From the NCBI GenBank assembly GCA_002269645.1, contig NIVC01000583.1, positions 415,196 through 479,195 on the forward strand: 64,000 nt of DNA, given 5' to 3'. Shown piece by piece: positions 1 through 12,714 of this stretch. The notes beneath the pieces were generated by a model. It did not search any database. It worked only from the letters and a program-made list of their open reading frames with translations, and was not told the origin of the DNA. Made by a program: the position numbers and the translations under genes. This stretch comes from Macrostomum lignano. Lineage: Eukaryota. Within the stretch, counting starts at the first letter, position 1. Each line of letters starts with the position of its first letter.

Positions 1-475
1 AAAGCTCATTTGTTTGTAAAGAAAAAATGAAATTGTGCATAAATATTAATATAGGCCTAAGCATATATAAAAATATTAAATCTACTAATATTATAGATCT
101 AGTTACATTGTAGCCAGGCTTATGGGATGGATAGGCCTATGGCTATGGGAAGTTATAGGCCCTAGATAGCCAGCCAGATAGGCCTATCTATAAGACTAGC
201 TAGAGGTTCTTTAACAAAACATGGATGGTTGAATGTATATGATTACAGAATTGCCTATTTGGAATATCTACTTTCATTTGAAACTTAATAACTAAGACTC
301 AAGACTTAAAGAAGACTTGAAACAAGAATAAAAATGTTTTTTTGCAAATGAAAAACTTTGTAATGCAATTTGAATTTTGGCTTTGGCTAATAATAGGCCT
401 AAGATTTATTAAAATAAATAAAGCATTGTTTTTAGGCCTAGGCCTACTAAAATATAGATATTATATTAAAGTGTT

Positions 476-1346
476 GGGCACCATTAATAACTAATTAACT
501 TTCAAGTTTCAAATAAACAAGTTAGGCCTACTTCTTTAATCTTTAGTTTTACTATGTATATCTTTTTATGTTTACTTTTAATGGTATTAGGCCCTACATG
601 CAAGTTATTTTAATTATTTTCTATTATTTTCTTAGCCTGTAAATCATTTAGATGACCTCTGTGTTTCACTAAAAAGGTGGGAAATCAAAGACAGTGCATT
701 ATAAAGTCTGTTTTGGAAAAAAATTGCAAGATTTCTATTTTTTCTATGTTAACTTTAATGGATTAACACTTATTAATGATTATCAGAATATCAGTTAACT
801 TTTAGTTAACTTAGGCTAATGAAACTAAGAGTTAATAAGTTAAGATTTTTTGTTTTAGTGCTAACACTTTTGCCATTAATGGAAGTTAAGATTTTCAATA
901 ATAAAATACAAATTGGAAAGTTGTTTCAGTAGCATTAGTAGGCGTAGCAAAGTTACGAAAGATTGGGAAAGAAATAAATGAAAGCATTGATACTCATTGC
1001 ACACAAGCAATTAAGTTTACAATTTTAATTCATTTTAAAGTTGTTATATTTGCATGATCATCATTATAAACAAAGAGATTAATTAGACATCTAGGTAAAG
1101 TCAAATATATTCACAATGTTGTAACTTCTTGTCAGACTTATATTTTTGTTCTTTCTTTGCATCTTTGGTTATTGACATTGTCATTCACATTAATGATGAA
1201 TTTGTCATTAACTCACAAAATTAATGTAAATTTATTAACCTATTAGTACAAAAAAATCTTAACAGTAATCCATTAATGTTAATGAAAAATCTTAACCCTT
1301 ATTAATGCTTATTAATGGATTAACACTTATTAATGGACTGGTGCCC
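476..1346. mobile_element. Putative MITE with GGGCACCA...TGGTGCCC ends (PIF/Harbinger-like termini)
   Basis: GGGCACCATTAATAA at 476 and TTATTAATGGACTGGTGCCC ending at 1346 form imperfect inverted termini. The interior is AT-rich with repeated TTAATGGATTAACACTTATTAATG. No clear TSD. Confidence 0.4.
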
Positions 1347-1939
1347 AATACTGATTAAATATTATAATAATATTGCTATGATAGATATAGGCCTAGTTAG
1401 GCCTATTGGTATAAAAAAATTGGTTATGGTTAAACTCTTTAGTGCATTAAAATCTTCTTTGTTATTTAATTAAGCTATTTATCTTTAAAATGTAAAGCTT
1501 AAATAAAATTTTAATAGCACAATTTGTCTATTTGATAGGTTTTTTATTGTTCTTACTTGGGCTTATAGAGTTTCATATTATAAATGTAGGTTTATTTATT
1601 TTGTATATATATAGTGAGATTATTTTAAAATACTAGAACTTATATGTCAATTTTATATTTATGTTAATTTAAGCAGAAAGATATCTGCTTGCTATTACAA
1701 ATGATCACATTTTTATAATATAATTTTAATGTAAAATTGTTTTTTCATGCTATCTAGCCAGTACTCTAAGGCCTATATGCATATAATCAAAAATGGATTT
1801 GGAAAATGTGGAAATGCAACCTGATTTAGATATTGTTAATACCAATGATCCAGTCTCTTCTAATAAAGAAAACATTGTAAGTGCATTAATATGCTTTTAT
1901 TATTTTATGCATGCAAATTACATTAGATCATACTAAAGC

Positions 1940-3305
1940 AAGTGCAGTGTGAATGAGTCTGATGCAGCTGGGTATTTGCAGTGTGAATGACTGATGTGGC
2001 TAGGTGCAGTGTGAATGACTGATGTGGCTGGGTGCAGTGTGAATAAGTCTAATGCAGCTGGGTGCAGTGTGAATGAGTCTGATGCAGCTGGGTGCAGTGT
2101 GAATGAGTCTGATGAAGCTAGGTGCAGTGTGAATGAGTCTGATGCAGCTGGGTGCTGCGTGAATGAGTCTGAGTGAAGCTGGGTGCAGTGTGAATGAGTC
2201 TGATGCAGCTAGGTGCAGTGTGAATGAGTCTGATGCAGCTGGGTGCAGTGTGAATGAGTCTGAAGAAGCTGGGTGCAGTGTGAATGAGTCTGATGCAGCT
2301 CGGTGCAGTGTGAATGAGTCTGATGCAGCTCGGTGCTGCGTGAATGAGTCTGAGTGAAGCTGGGTGCTGCATGAATGATTCCAGATGAGTGAAGCTGGGT
2401 GCAGTGTGAATGAGTCTAATGCAGCTGGGTGCAGTGTGAATGAGTCTGATGCAGCTGGGTGCAGTGTGAATGAGTCTGATGAAGCTAGGTGCAGTGTGAA
2501 TGAGTCTGATGCAGCTCGGTGCAGTGTGAATGAGTCTGATGCAGCTGGGTGCTGCGTGAATGAGTCTGAGTGAAGCTGGGTGCAGTGTGAATGAGTCTGA
2601 TGCAGCTTGGTGCTGCGTGAATGAGTCTGAGTGAAGCTGGGTGCAGTGTGAATGAGTCTGAGTGAAGCTGGGTGCAGTGTGAATGAGTCTGAGTGAAGCT
2701 GGGTGCAGTGTGAATGAGTCTGATGAAGCTAGGTGCAGTGTGAATGAGTCTGATGCAGCTGGGTGCAGTGTGAATGAGTCTGATGCAGCTGGGTGCTGCG
2801 TGAATGAGTCTGAGTGAAGCTGGGTGCAGTGTGAATGAGTCTGATGCAGCTGGGTATTTGCAGTGTGAATGACTGATGTGGCTAGGTGCAGTGTGAATGA
2901 CTGATGTGGCTGGGTGCAGTGTGAATAAGTCTAATGCAGCTGGGTGCAGTGTGAATGAGTCTGATGCAGCTGGGTGCAGTGTGAATGAGTCTGATGAAGC
3001 TAGGTGCAGTGTGAATGAGTCTGATGCAGCTGGGTGCTGCGTGAATGAGTCTGAGTGAAGCTGGGTGCAGTGTGAATGAGTCTGATGCAGCTAGGTGCAG
3101 TGTGAATGAGTCTGATGCAGCTGGGTGCAGTGTGAATGAGTCTGAAGAAGCTGGGTGCAGTGTGAATGAGTCTGAGTGAAGCTGGGTGCAGTGTGAATGA
3201 GTCTGATGCAGCTGGGTGCAGTGTGAATGAGTCTGAGTGAAGCTGGGTGCAGTGTGAATGAGTCTGAGTGAAGCTGGGTGCAGCGTGAATGAGTCTGAGT
3301 GAAGC
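1940..3305. repeat. 30/31-bp minisatellite (GGGTGCAGTGTGAATGAGTCTGATGCAGCT)
   Basis: Tandem units read directly. The block at ~1950-2190 recurs at ~2850-3090. Confidence 0.95.
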
Positions 3306-3408
3306 TTATAGTTCTACCCTGGCCGCAGAAAACCTCATTAGCAACTGGGCGCTGTTTAACGCAGTCAGAAACAACGAAACGATCCCACCGCATATTTTAA
3401 TTATTTAG

Positions 3409-6400
3409 CCTAGCAACGAGTCGCATGCTCCAGCTGAGCCCGAGGTCTCCGAGGCGCCACCAGAGCCCTCTCTGCCGGCCATGATAACTATTGAACCTCC
3501 GTCGCCTAGCATAGTCGAGATGAGCGACAATCCGCTGCATGCAGAAGCCAACAGCACCAAGTCGGAGTCGGTGACCGAGGCGGCCGAAAATGCCCTCGCG
3601 GCGGCGTCGTCAACGCCGACTTTGACTGTACGCGAGCGGGTGCGCGAGTTCACTAGCCGAGCTGGCGGCGGCGACCAGCCCGATGGGAACAGCCTGTCTA
3701 GCAGTCACAGCAGCATTCGGGGCGCCGTAAGCGACCTTGTCTGAATTACTACCTTTCGCTTCCCGCTTTTAAAGCCTAGTTATTTGAAATGGGCCATTAG
3801 AACCCCGTGTTCCTTTCAAGTCCTCCCCTAGTGGTTCTACCACATATTCTATTCAATTCTACCGTCAGTGTCTCTTTGATCTATTCAATTCCACCGCCAG
3901 TTTCTCTTTTTGATGTATTCAATTCCACCGCCAGTGTCTCTTTGATCTATTCAATTCTACCGCCAGTGTCTCTTTGATCTATTCAATTCTACCGCCAGTG
4001 TCTCTTTGATCTATTCAATTCTATTGCCAGTGTCTCTTTGATCTATAATTCTACCGCCAGTGTCTCTTTGATCTATTCAATTCTACCGCCAGTGTCTCTT
4101 TGATCTATTCAATTCCACCACCAGTGTCTCTTTTTGATCTATTCAATTCTACCGCCAGTGTCTCTTTGATCTATTCAATTCCACCGCCAGTGTCTCTTTT
4201 TGATCTATTCAATTCCACCGCCAGTGTCTCTTTGATCTATTCAATTCCACCGCCAGTGTCTCTTTGATCTATTCAATTCTATTGCCAGTGTCTCTTTGAT
4301 CTATAATTCTACCGCCAGTGTCTCTTTGATCTATTCAACTCTACCGCCAGTGTCTCTTTGATCTATTCAATTCCACCGTCAGTGTCTCTTTTTGATCTAT
4401 TCAATTCCACCGCCAGTGTCTCTTTAATCTATTTAATTTTACCGACAGTGTCTCTGATCTACACTGTATTTCCTCTAGCTATTTTATTTCAAATTTCCCT
4501 ATCAGAATCGTATTAATTTTAATCCGCTTCGCAAACTCAGCGCATATGGTCGAGTAATGACATAATTTATGAGGCACCGGCACGAGCTTCAGCTACAAAG
4601 CTAATTGTAAGTTCGCGGCGCTCTGCCAGGCCAAACAGTGTATCAACCCCTTATACAGTTAATATTGAATAGTCAGTAAATTAGAAAATAATTTTGTCGA
4701 TAAAAGGTGTTGACGGTCATGTCATGGTGATATGAGAAAAATATGTCGGACAGTGTAACGCTGCGATGGTCTGTAACGACCCTAAGACGTTTTTTGACCC
4801 CAACCATAAATCTAGCGCGTTTTTTATCGGGCAATTCGTACTGCAGACTCATTACTTTGATCAATACATTAAGTAAAGTTTCAAAAATCGGTTTCGCTCC
4901 TAATTCATTAACTGTAAAATCGTATATGCGCTACTATGTGCCAATATTGATTTGTTGCCTCTGTGCAAATAGTTTTCTTTGCGTACAGCTAATTTGAAAT
5001 TTGCATTAACTGCAATCTACTGAAGACCAGCTCAATTTCCTAATTAGTGCAATAAAATCATCCCAGGCAAACACTTCGAGATTCTCCCCAAGGAAATCCC
5101 TTAAGATTCTCCCCAAGGAAATCCCTTAAGATTCTCCCCAAGGAAGTCCCTTGAGAATTTCCCTAAGGAAACCCCTTGAGAATCTCTCCAAGGAAACGCC
5201 TTAGGAATCTCCCCAAGGAAACCCCTTGAGAATCTCCCCAAGGAAACCCCTTGAGAATCTTCCCAGGGAAACCCCTTGAGTATCTCCCCAAGGAAACCCC
5301 TTGAGAATCTTCCCAGGGAAACCCCTTAAGAATCTCTCCAAGGAAACCCCTTAGGAATCTCCCCAAAGAAACCCCTTAGGAATCTCCCCAAGGAAACCTC
5401 TTAGGAATCTCCCCAAGGAAGCCCCTTGAGAATCTCCTCAAGGAAACCCCTTGAGAATCTCCCCAAGGAAACCTCTTAAGAATCTTCCCAGGGAAACCCC
5501 TTAAGAATCTTCCCAGGGAAACCCCTTAAGAATCTCCCCCAAGGAAACCCATTGAAAATCTTCCTAGGGAAACCCCTTAAGAATCTCCCCCAAAGAAACC
5601 CTCAAACTGGTTATTAAAACAGCTCTTACAAAAACTTCCGCGCCCTCAGTTCGAGAAGGACGACAAAGAGTGGATTCTGGCAGCCAGCGCGGCGGACATC
5701 AACGCAATGCGCAAGATGCTGGCCACCGTTGGCGGATCAACCGGCAGCGGCGGCAACTCCTGCAAGCGGATGGTGAATTATCGATTCCCGTTCAATGGCT
5801 TCACGGCGTTGCACTTTGCCGCTAAACTCGACAATACGAGGTGCTGCCAGTTCCTGCTGAAAAACGGGGCCGATCCAGATGCCAAGACTTATGTGAGCTC
5901 ATTGGTTATCTGGTCTGCTCTGCATATCCCCTCTCGTGTCTGTTATACCCCCTCTACTGTCTGTTCTATCCCCTCTCGTATCTATTCTATCCCCCTCGTG
6001 TTTATTCTATTCCCTCTAGTGTCTATTCTATTCCCCTCGTGTCTATTATATTCCCCCTCGTGTCTATTCTATTCCCTCTAGTGTCGATTCTATTCCCTCT
6101 AGTGTCTATTCTATTCCCTCTAGTGTCTATTCTATTCCCTCTAGTGTCTTTTCTATCCCCTCTCGTATCTATTCTACCCCCCTCGTGTCTATTCTATTCC
6201 CTCTAGTGTCTATTCTATCCCCTCTCGTATCTATTCTATCCCCTCTCGTATCGATTCTATCCCCCTCGTGTCTATTCTATTCCCTCTAGTGTCTATTCTA
6301 TTCCCTCTTGTATCTATTCTATCCCTCTCGTATCTATTCTATACCCCTCGTGTCTATTATATCCCCTCTAGTGTCTATTCTATTCCCTCTAGTGTCTATT

Positions 6401-9400
6401 CTATCCCCTCTCGTGTCTATTCTATACCCCTCGTGTCTATTCTATCCCCTCGTGTCTATTCTATTCCCTCTAGTGTCTATTCTATTCCCTCTACTAGTGT
6501 CTATTCTATCCCGTCTCGTGTCTATTCTATCCCCCTCGTGTCTATTCTATTCCCATTCTATTCCCTCTCGTGTCTATTCTATCTCCTCTCGTATCTATTC
6601 TACGAGTATCCCCCTCGTGTCTATTCTATTCCCTCTAGTGTCTATTCTATCCCCTCGTGTCTATTCTATCCCCTCTCGTATCGATTCTATCCCCCTCGTG
6701 TCTATTCTATTCCCTCTAGTGTCTATTCTATTCCCTCTTGTATCTATTCTATCCCTCTCGTATCTATTCTATACCCCTCGTGTCTATTATATCCCCTCTA
6801 GTGTCTATTCTATTCCCTCTAGTGTCTATTCTATCCCCTCTCGTGTCTATTCTATACCCCTCGTGTCTATTCTATCCCCTCGTGTCTATTATATCCCCTC
6901 TCGTATCTATTCTATCCCCCTCGTGTCTATTATATCCCCTCTAGTGTCTATTCTATCCCCTCTAGTGTCTATTCTATCCCCTCTAGTGTCTATTCTATCC
7001 CCTCTCGTATCTATTATATCCCCCTCGTGTCTATTCTATTCCCTCTAGTGTCTATTCTATCCCCTCTCGTGTCTATTCTATACCCCTCGTGTCTATTCTA
7101 TTCCCTCTAGTGTCTATTCTATTCCCCTCGTGTCTATTATATTCCCCCCTCGTGTCTATTCTATTCCCTCTAGTGTCGATTCTATTCCCTCTAGTGTCTA
7201 TTCTATTCCCTCTAGTGTCTATTCTATTCCCTCTAGTGTCTTTTCTATCCCCTCTCGTATCTATTCTACCCCCTCGTGTCTATTCTATTCCCTCTAGTGT
7301 CTATTCTATCCCCTCTCGTATCTATTCTATCCCCTCTCGTATCGATTCTATCCCCCTCGTGTCTATTCTATTCCCTCTAGTGTCTATTCTATTCCCTCTT
7401 GTATCTATTCTATCCCTCTCGTATCTATTCTATACCCCTCGTGTCTATTATATCCCCTCTAGTGTCTATTCTATTCCCTCTAGTGTCTATTCTATCCCCT
7501 CTCGTGTCTATTCTATACCCCTCGTGTCTATTCTATCCCCTCGTGTCTATTCTATTCCCTCTAGTGTCTATTCTATTCCCTCTACTAGTGTCTATTCTAT
7601 CCCGTCTCGTGTCTATTCTATCCCCCTCGTGTCTATTCTATTCCCATTCTATTCCCTCTCGTGTCTATTCTATCTCCTCTCGTATCTATTCTACGAGTAT
7701 CCCCCCTCGTGTCTATTCTATCCCCTCGTGTCTATTCTATCCCCTCTCGTGTCTATTCTATCCCCTCTCGTATCGATTCTATCCCCCTCGTGTCTATTCT
7801 ATTCCCTCTAGTGTCTATTCTATTCCCTCTTGTATCTATTCTATCCCTCTCGTATCTATTCTATACCCCTCGTGTCTATTATATCCCCTCTAGTGTCTAT
7901 TCTATTCCCTCTAGTGTCTATTCTATCCCCTCTCGTGTCTATTCTATACCCCTCGTGTCTATTCTATCCCCTCGTGTCTATTATATCCCCTCTCGTATCT
8001 ATTCTATCCCCCTCGTGTCTATTATATCCCCTCTAGTGTCTATTCTATCCCCTCTCGTATCTATTATATCCCCCTCGTGTCTATTCTATTCCCTCTAGTG
8101 TCTATTCTATCCCCTCTCGTGTCTATTCTATACCCTTCGTGTCTATTCTATCCCCTCGTGTCTATTATATCCCCTCTAGTGTCTATTCTATTCCCTCTAG
8201 TGTCTATTCTATTCCCTCTTGTATCTATTCTATCCCTCTCGTATCTATTCTATACCCCTCGTGTCTATTATATCCCCTCTAGTGTCTATTCTATTCCCTC
8301 TAGTGTCTATTCTATCCCCTCTCGTGTCTATTCTATACCCCTCGTGTCTATTCTATCCCCTCGTGTCTATTATATCCCCTCTCGTATCTATTCTATCCCC
8401 CTCGTGTCTATTATATCCCCTCTAGTGTCTATTCTATCCCCTCTAGTGTCTATTCTACCCCCCTCGTGTCTATTCTATTCCCTCTAGTGTCTATTCTATC
8501 CCCTCTCGTGTCTATTCTATCCCCTCGTGTCTATTATATCCCCTCTCGTATCTATTCTATCCCCCTCGTGTCTATTATATCCCCTCTAGTGTCTATTCTA
8601 TCCCCTCTAGTGTCTATTCTACCCCCTCGTGTCTATTCTATTCCCTCTAGTGTCTATTCTATCCCCTCTCGTGTCTATTCTATACCCCTCGTGTCTATTC
8701 TATCCCCTCGTGTCTATTATATCCCCTCTAGTGTCTATTCTTTCCTCTCTGTTCTTTATTTCTATCCTTTACTCGTCAATTCTGCATCTATCCACATTTA
8801 TGCCCCTCTTCAGGCGGGCCAGACGCCTCTGCACTTGGCCTATTTACAAGAATGTCGGAAAGCTGTGGAACTTCTGCTAAAGCAGCCATGTAAGTTAATT
8901 TAAAGTTTTGCATGGGGAGAATGGAGACACTGAGATAGATGGGAGGTAGACAGTGGGGAGATGGGAGGTAGACAGTGAGAAGATGGGAGGTAGAAAGTGA
9001 GGAGATTGAAGGTAGACAGTGAGGAGATGGGAGGTAGACAGTGAGATGGGAGGTAGACAGTGAGGAGATGAGAGGTAGACAGTGAGGAGATTGAAGGTAG
9101 ACAGTGAGGAGATGGGAGGTAGACAGTGGGGAGATAGGAGGTAGACAGTGAGGAGATGGGAGCTAGACAGTGTGGAGATGGGAGGTAGACAGGAGATGAT
9201 GAGAGGTAGACAGTGAGGAGATGGGAGGTAGACAGTGAGGAGATGGGAGGTAGACAGTGATTGGGGTTGAGAGATAGGCAGGTTAAGGATAAATTAGAAG
9301 TACCGTAGATAGGGATAAGCAGTGTGAGAGGATATAGGAGTCGGGATTTCCGTGATGGCAGCTCAACGCCCCTCCCCCTCTTCCCTGCCAGGCCGAGCGT

Positions 9401-9951
9401 CGCACACGCCTGACTACTCCGGCAAGCTCCCGCACGAGCTGACCCGCAATCGCGAGGCATTCTCGGACATTCTGTGTAAGCTACCGCCCGCCCCAGGCAG
9501 CGGAGGCTCCCAGTCCCAATGCCTGCTGCTCGACCCCTCCCTGGCCGCCTCCCTCGCCGCCGCCTCCGCCGCCGCCTCCTCGTTGACTGCGGCCAATCGT
9601 CGGGGTAGCTTAGTGTCCAGTTTTGGCGGCGGCGGCGGCGGCGGCGGCAACGGGCCACAGCGGTGGCTGTCGCAGGCCAATCAGCTGATCTATCAGTCCA
9701 TGCGCCGGCGGCAGTCTAACTTTAACCAAGCCGCCAGCCTTTCCAGTCATAAGAATCATGGCAATTCGAATAATGTTGGCAGCGCATTGAGCATTGTTCA
9801 CCTCACTGGTATTAGCGAGTCGGCTTCTGTGCAGCCGGACTCCGCTACTGGAGTTGCTGGCTTTGATGCCGAACAGCAGCTGCCCTCCAGGCTGATGCTG
9901 CGCCGCCACAGCTGCTCAGAGTTGTGCACGGAGCATTCTCATGAGCAGTAG
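3409..9951 (+). CDS. Ankyrin-repeat protein, SOWAH (sosondowah)-like; exons 3409-3726, 4541-4606, 5650-5892, 8814-8889, 9392-9951; 5' end not defined
   Basis: All GT-AG junctions join in phase (0,0,0,1). The spliced protein reads KLIFEKDDKEWILAAS...NGFTALHFAAKLDNTRCCQFLLKNGADPDAKTYAGQTPLHLAYLQECRKAVELLL...TPDYSGKLPHEL. The EW-hydrophobic helix, GFTALHxAAK, GxTxLHLA and DYSGK pattern matches the SOWAH ankyrin domain as I recall it. Confidence 0.8.
3838..4460. repeat. 32-34-bp intronic minisatellite (TCTATTCAATTCTACCGCCAGTGTCTCTTTGA)
   Basis: Tandem units read directly. Confidence 0.95.
5075..5600. repeat. ~25-bp intronic minisatellite (GAATCTCCCCAAGGAAACCCCTTGA)
   Basis: Tandem units read directly. 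Confidence 0.93.
5925..8760. repeat. ~19-21-bp pyrimidine-rich intronic minisatellite (GTGTCTATTCTATTCCCTCTA)
   Basis: Fills the intron 5893-8813 and generates the spurious PLVSILF/RVYSIP ORFs. Confidence 0.95.
8915..9260. repeat. ~22-bp purine-rich intronic minisatellite (GTAGACAGTGAGGAGATGGGAG)
   Basis: Tandem units inside the intron 8890-9391. Confidence 0.9.
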
Positions 9952-10019
9952 CTTTAGCTCCGGGTTAGAGATTCGATGAGCAGATATATGGATTGTGAGA
10001 ATAGATACATAAATTGAGA

Positions 10020-12080
10020 GAATAGAAAGATAAACTGGAAGAATAGATGGACTGAGAAAATTGAGAGATAAACTGAGGGAAAGGATATTGAGAGAATAGA
10101 TAAATAAACTGAAAAAAAATAGATATAAACTGGGAGAATAGAGAGATAAACTGGGAGAATAGAGAGATAAACTGGGAGAATAGAGAGATAAACTGGGAGA
10201 ATAGAGAGATAAACTGGGAGAATAGAGAGATAAACTGGGAGAATAGAGATAAACTGGGAGAATAGAGAGATAAACTGGGAGAATAGAGAGATAAACTGGG
10301 AGAATAGAGAGATAAACTGGGAGAATAGAGAGATAAACTGGGAGAATAGAGAGATAAACTGGGAGAATAGAGAGATAAACTGGGAGAATAGAGATAAACT
10401 GGGAGAATAGAGAGATAAACTGGGAGAATAGAGAGATAAACTGGGAGAATAGAGAGATAAACTGGGAGAATAGAGAGATAAACTGGGAGAATAGAGAGAT
10501 AAACTGGGAGAATAGAGATAAACTGGGAGAATACGGAGATAAACTGGGAGAATAGAGAGATAAACTGGGAGAATACGGAGATAAACTGGGAGAATAGAGA
10601 GATAAACTGGGAGAATACGGAGATAAACTGGGAGAATAGAGAGATAAACTGGGAGAATAGAGAGATAAACTGGGAGAATAGAGAGATAAACTGGGAGAAT
10701 AGAGAGATAAACTGGGAGAATACGGAGATAAACTGGGAGAATAGAGATAAACTGGGAGAATACGGAGATAAACTGGGAGAATAGAGAGATAAACTGGGAG
10801 AATAGGGATATAAACTGGGAGAATACGGAGATAAACTGGGAGAATAGAGAGATATACTGGGAGAATAGAGATAAACTGGGAGAATGCGGAGATAAACTGG
10901 GAGAATAGAGAGATAAACTGGGAGAATAGAGATAAACTGGGAGAATACGGAGATAAACTGGGAGAATAGAGATAAACTGGGAGAATACGGAGATAAACTG
11001 GGAGAATAGAGAGATAAACTGGGAGAATAGGGAGATAAACTGGGAGAATACGGAGATAAACGGAGAATAGAGAGATAAACTGGGAGAATAGAGATAAACT
11101 GGGAGAATACGGAGATAAACTGGGAGAATAGAGAGATAAACTGGGAGAATAGGGAGATAAACTGGGAGAATAGAGAGATAAACTGGGAGAATAGAGAGAT
11201 AAACTGGGAGAATAGAGATAAACTGGGAGAATACGGAGATAAACTGGGAGAATAGAGATAAACTGGGAGAATAGAGAGATAAACTGGGAGAATAGAGATA
11301 AACTGGGAGAATACGGAGATAAACTGGGAGAATAGAGATAAACTGGGAGAATACGGAGATAAACTGGGAGAATAGAGAGATAAACTGGGAGAATAGAGAT
11401 AAACTGGGAGAATACGGAGATAAACTGGGAGAATAGAGAGATAAACTGGGAGAATACGGAGATAAACTGGGAGAATAGAGAGATAAACTGGGAGAATAGG
11501 GAGATAAACTGGGAGAATACGGAGATAAACTGGGAGAATAGAGAGATAAACTGGGAGAATAGAGATAAACTGGGAGAATACGGAGATAAACTGGGAGAAT
11601 AGAGATAAACTGGGAGAATACGGAGATAAACTGGGAGAATAGAGAGATAAACTGGGAGAATAGGGAGATAAACTGGGAGAATACGGAGATAAACTGGGAG
11701 AATACGGAGATAAACTGGGAGAATAGAGAGATAAACTGGGAGAATATGGAGATAAACTGGGAGAATACGGAGATAAACTGGGAGAATAGAGAGATAAACT
11801 GGGAGAATAGGGAGATAAACTGGGAGAATACGGAGATAAACTGGGAGAATACGGAGATAAACTGGGAGAATAGAGAGATAAACTGGGAGAATATGGAGAT
11901 AAACTGGGAGAATACGGAGATAAACTGGGAGAATAGAGAGATAAACTGGGAGAATATGGAGATAAACTGGGAGAATACGGAGATAAACTGGGAGAATAGA
12001 GAAATTAAGAGAATAGAGAAGAACTGAAAGAACATATAAATAACTGAAGGAAAGGAGAGAGATAACCTGAGAATAGAGAA
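10020..12080. repeat. 19/21-bp minisatellite (GAGATAAACTGGGAGAATAGA)
   Basis: Tandem units read directly; source of the spurious 717-aa ORF. Confidence 0.95.
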
Positions 12081-12714
12081 TAGCGAAGGCACAGTGAACT
12101 GGATCATTTTAAAGCTTATCTAGTCAACTCATAATGCACAATATTTTATGTATAATTTTTCATCTGCCTACTGGTAACTTATAACTGTGAAAAGCTACTT
12201 TTATTTTTCATTATAGTGAATTTTTGTAAAATCAAATCGACCAAAAAATCTCAACTGTTTTAAATCGCTAGTTAAAATTTGTTTTAACCGTTTCAATCTC
12301 TTATCTGATTCCCAAATCTTCCCAACTGCGCCAATTATTACCCAACAACAACTATTCGGAAATCTGGGATCTGGAAAAACACACGTTGACAAAGTAACCA
12401 CTAAGCAGGTAAAATCTTACTTAAATAGCTCGTATTACTACACACCTATCAATTTCCTTTGTTTCTTTATTAGCCTTTGTCACGTCTGTTTGGATTGCGG
12501 CTTTGAGTGTACTTGCAGCAGATCTTCTGCTGTTGTCCTGCATTTTGTTGTGCACTCCCGCCTGCTTATGGCACCAGGGTTTTCACGTATCCGCTCTAGT
12601 TTTTTGAAAACTTAAGTAGTTTTCTTTTTATCTTACTGAGGGACATTTCATGTGAGTTATTGCACTACTACCTTAAGGCTACTGCTTAGATTACGGTGAG
12701 CTTTTGAGGCTACA

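Noticed and set aside
1793-1876. Possible first exon MDLENVEMQPDLDIVNTNDPVSSNKENI with AAAATG and a GTAAGT donor, phase-compatible with exon 3409
   Set aside because: It is far more AT-rich than the other exons and lies in sequence resembling transposon interior (AGGCCT-rich, like 38500-40200), so it cannot be assigned without transcripts.
12358-12381. Walker A-like peptide GNLGSGKT in an open frame before a strong donor
   Set aside because: No start, no Walker B, no proper hydrophobic strand and no NTPase context; probably chance.
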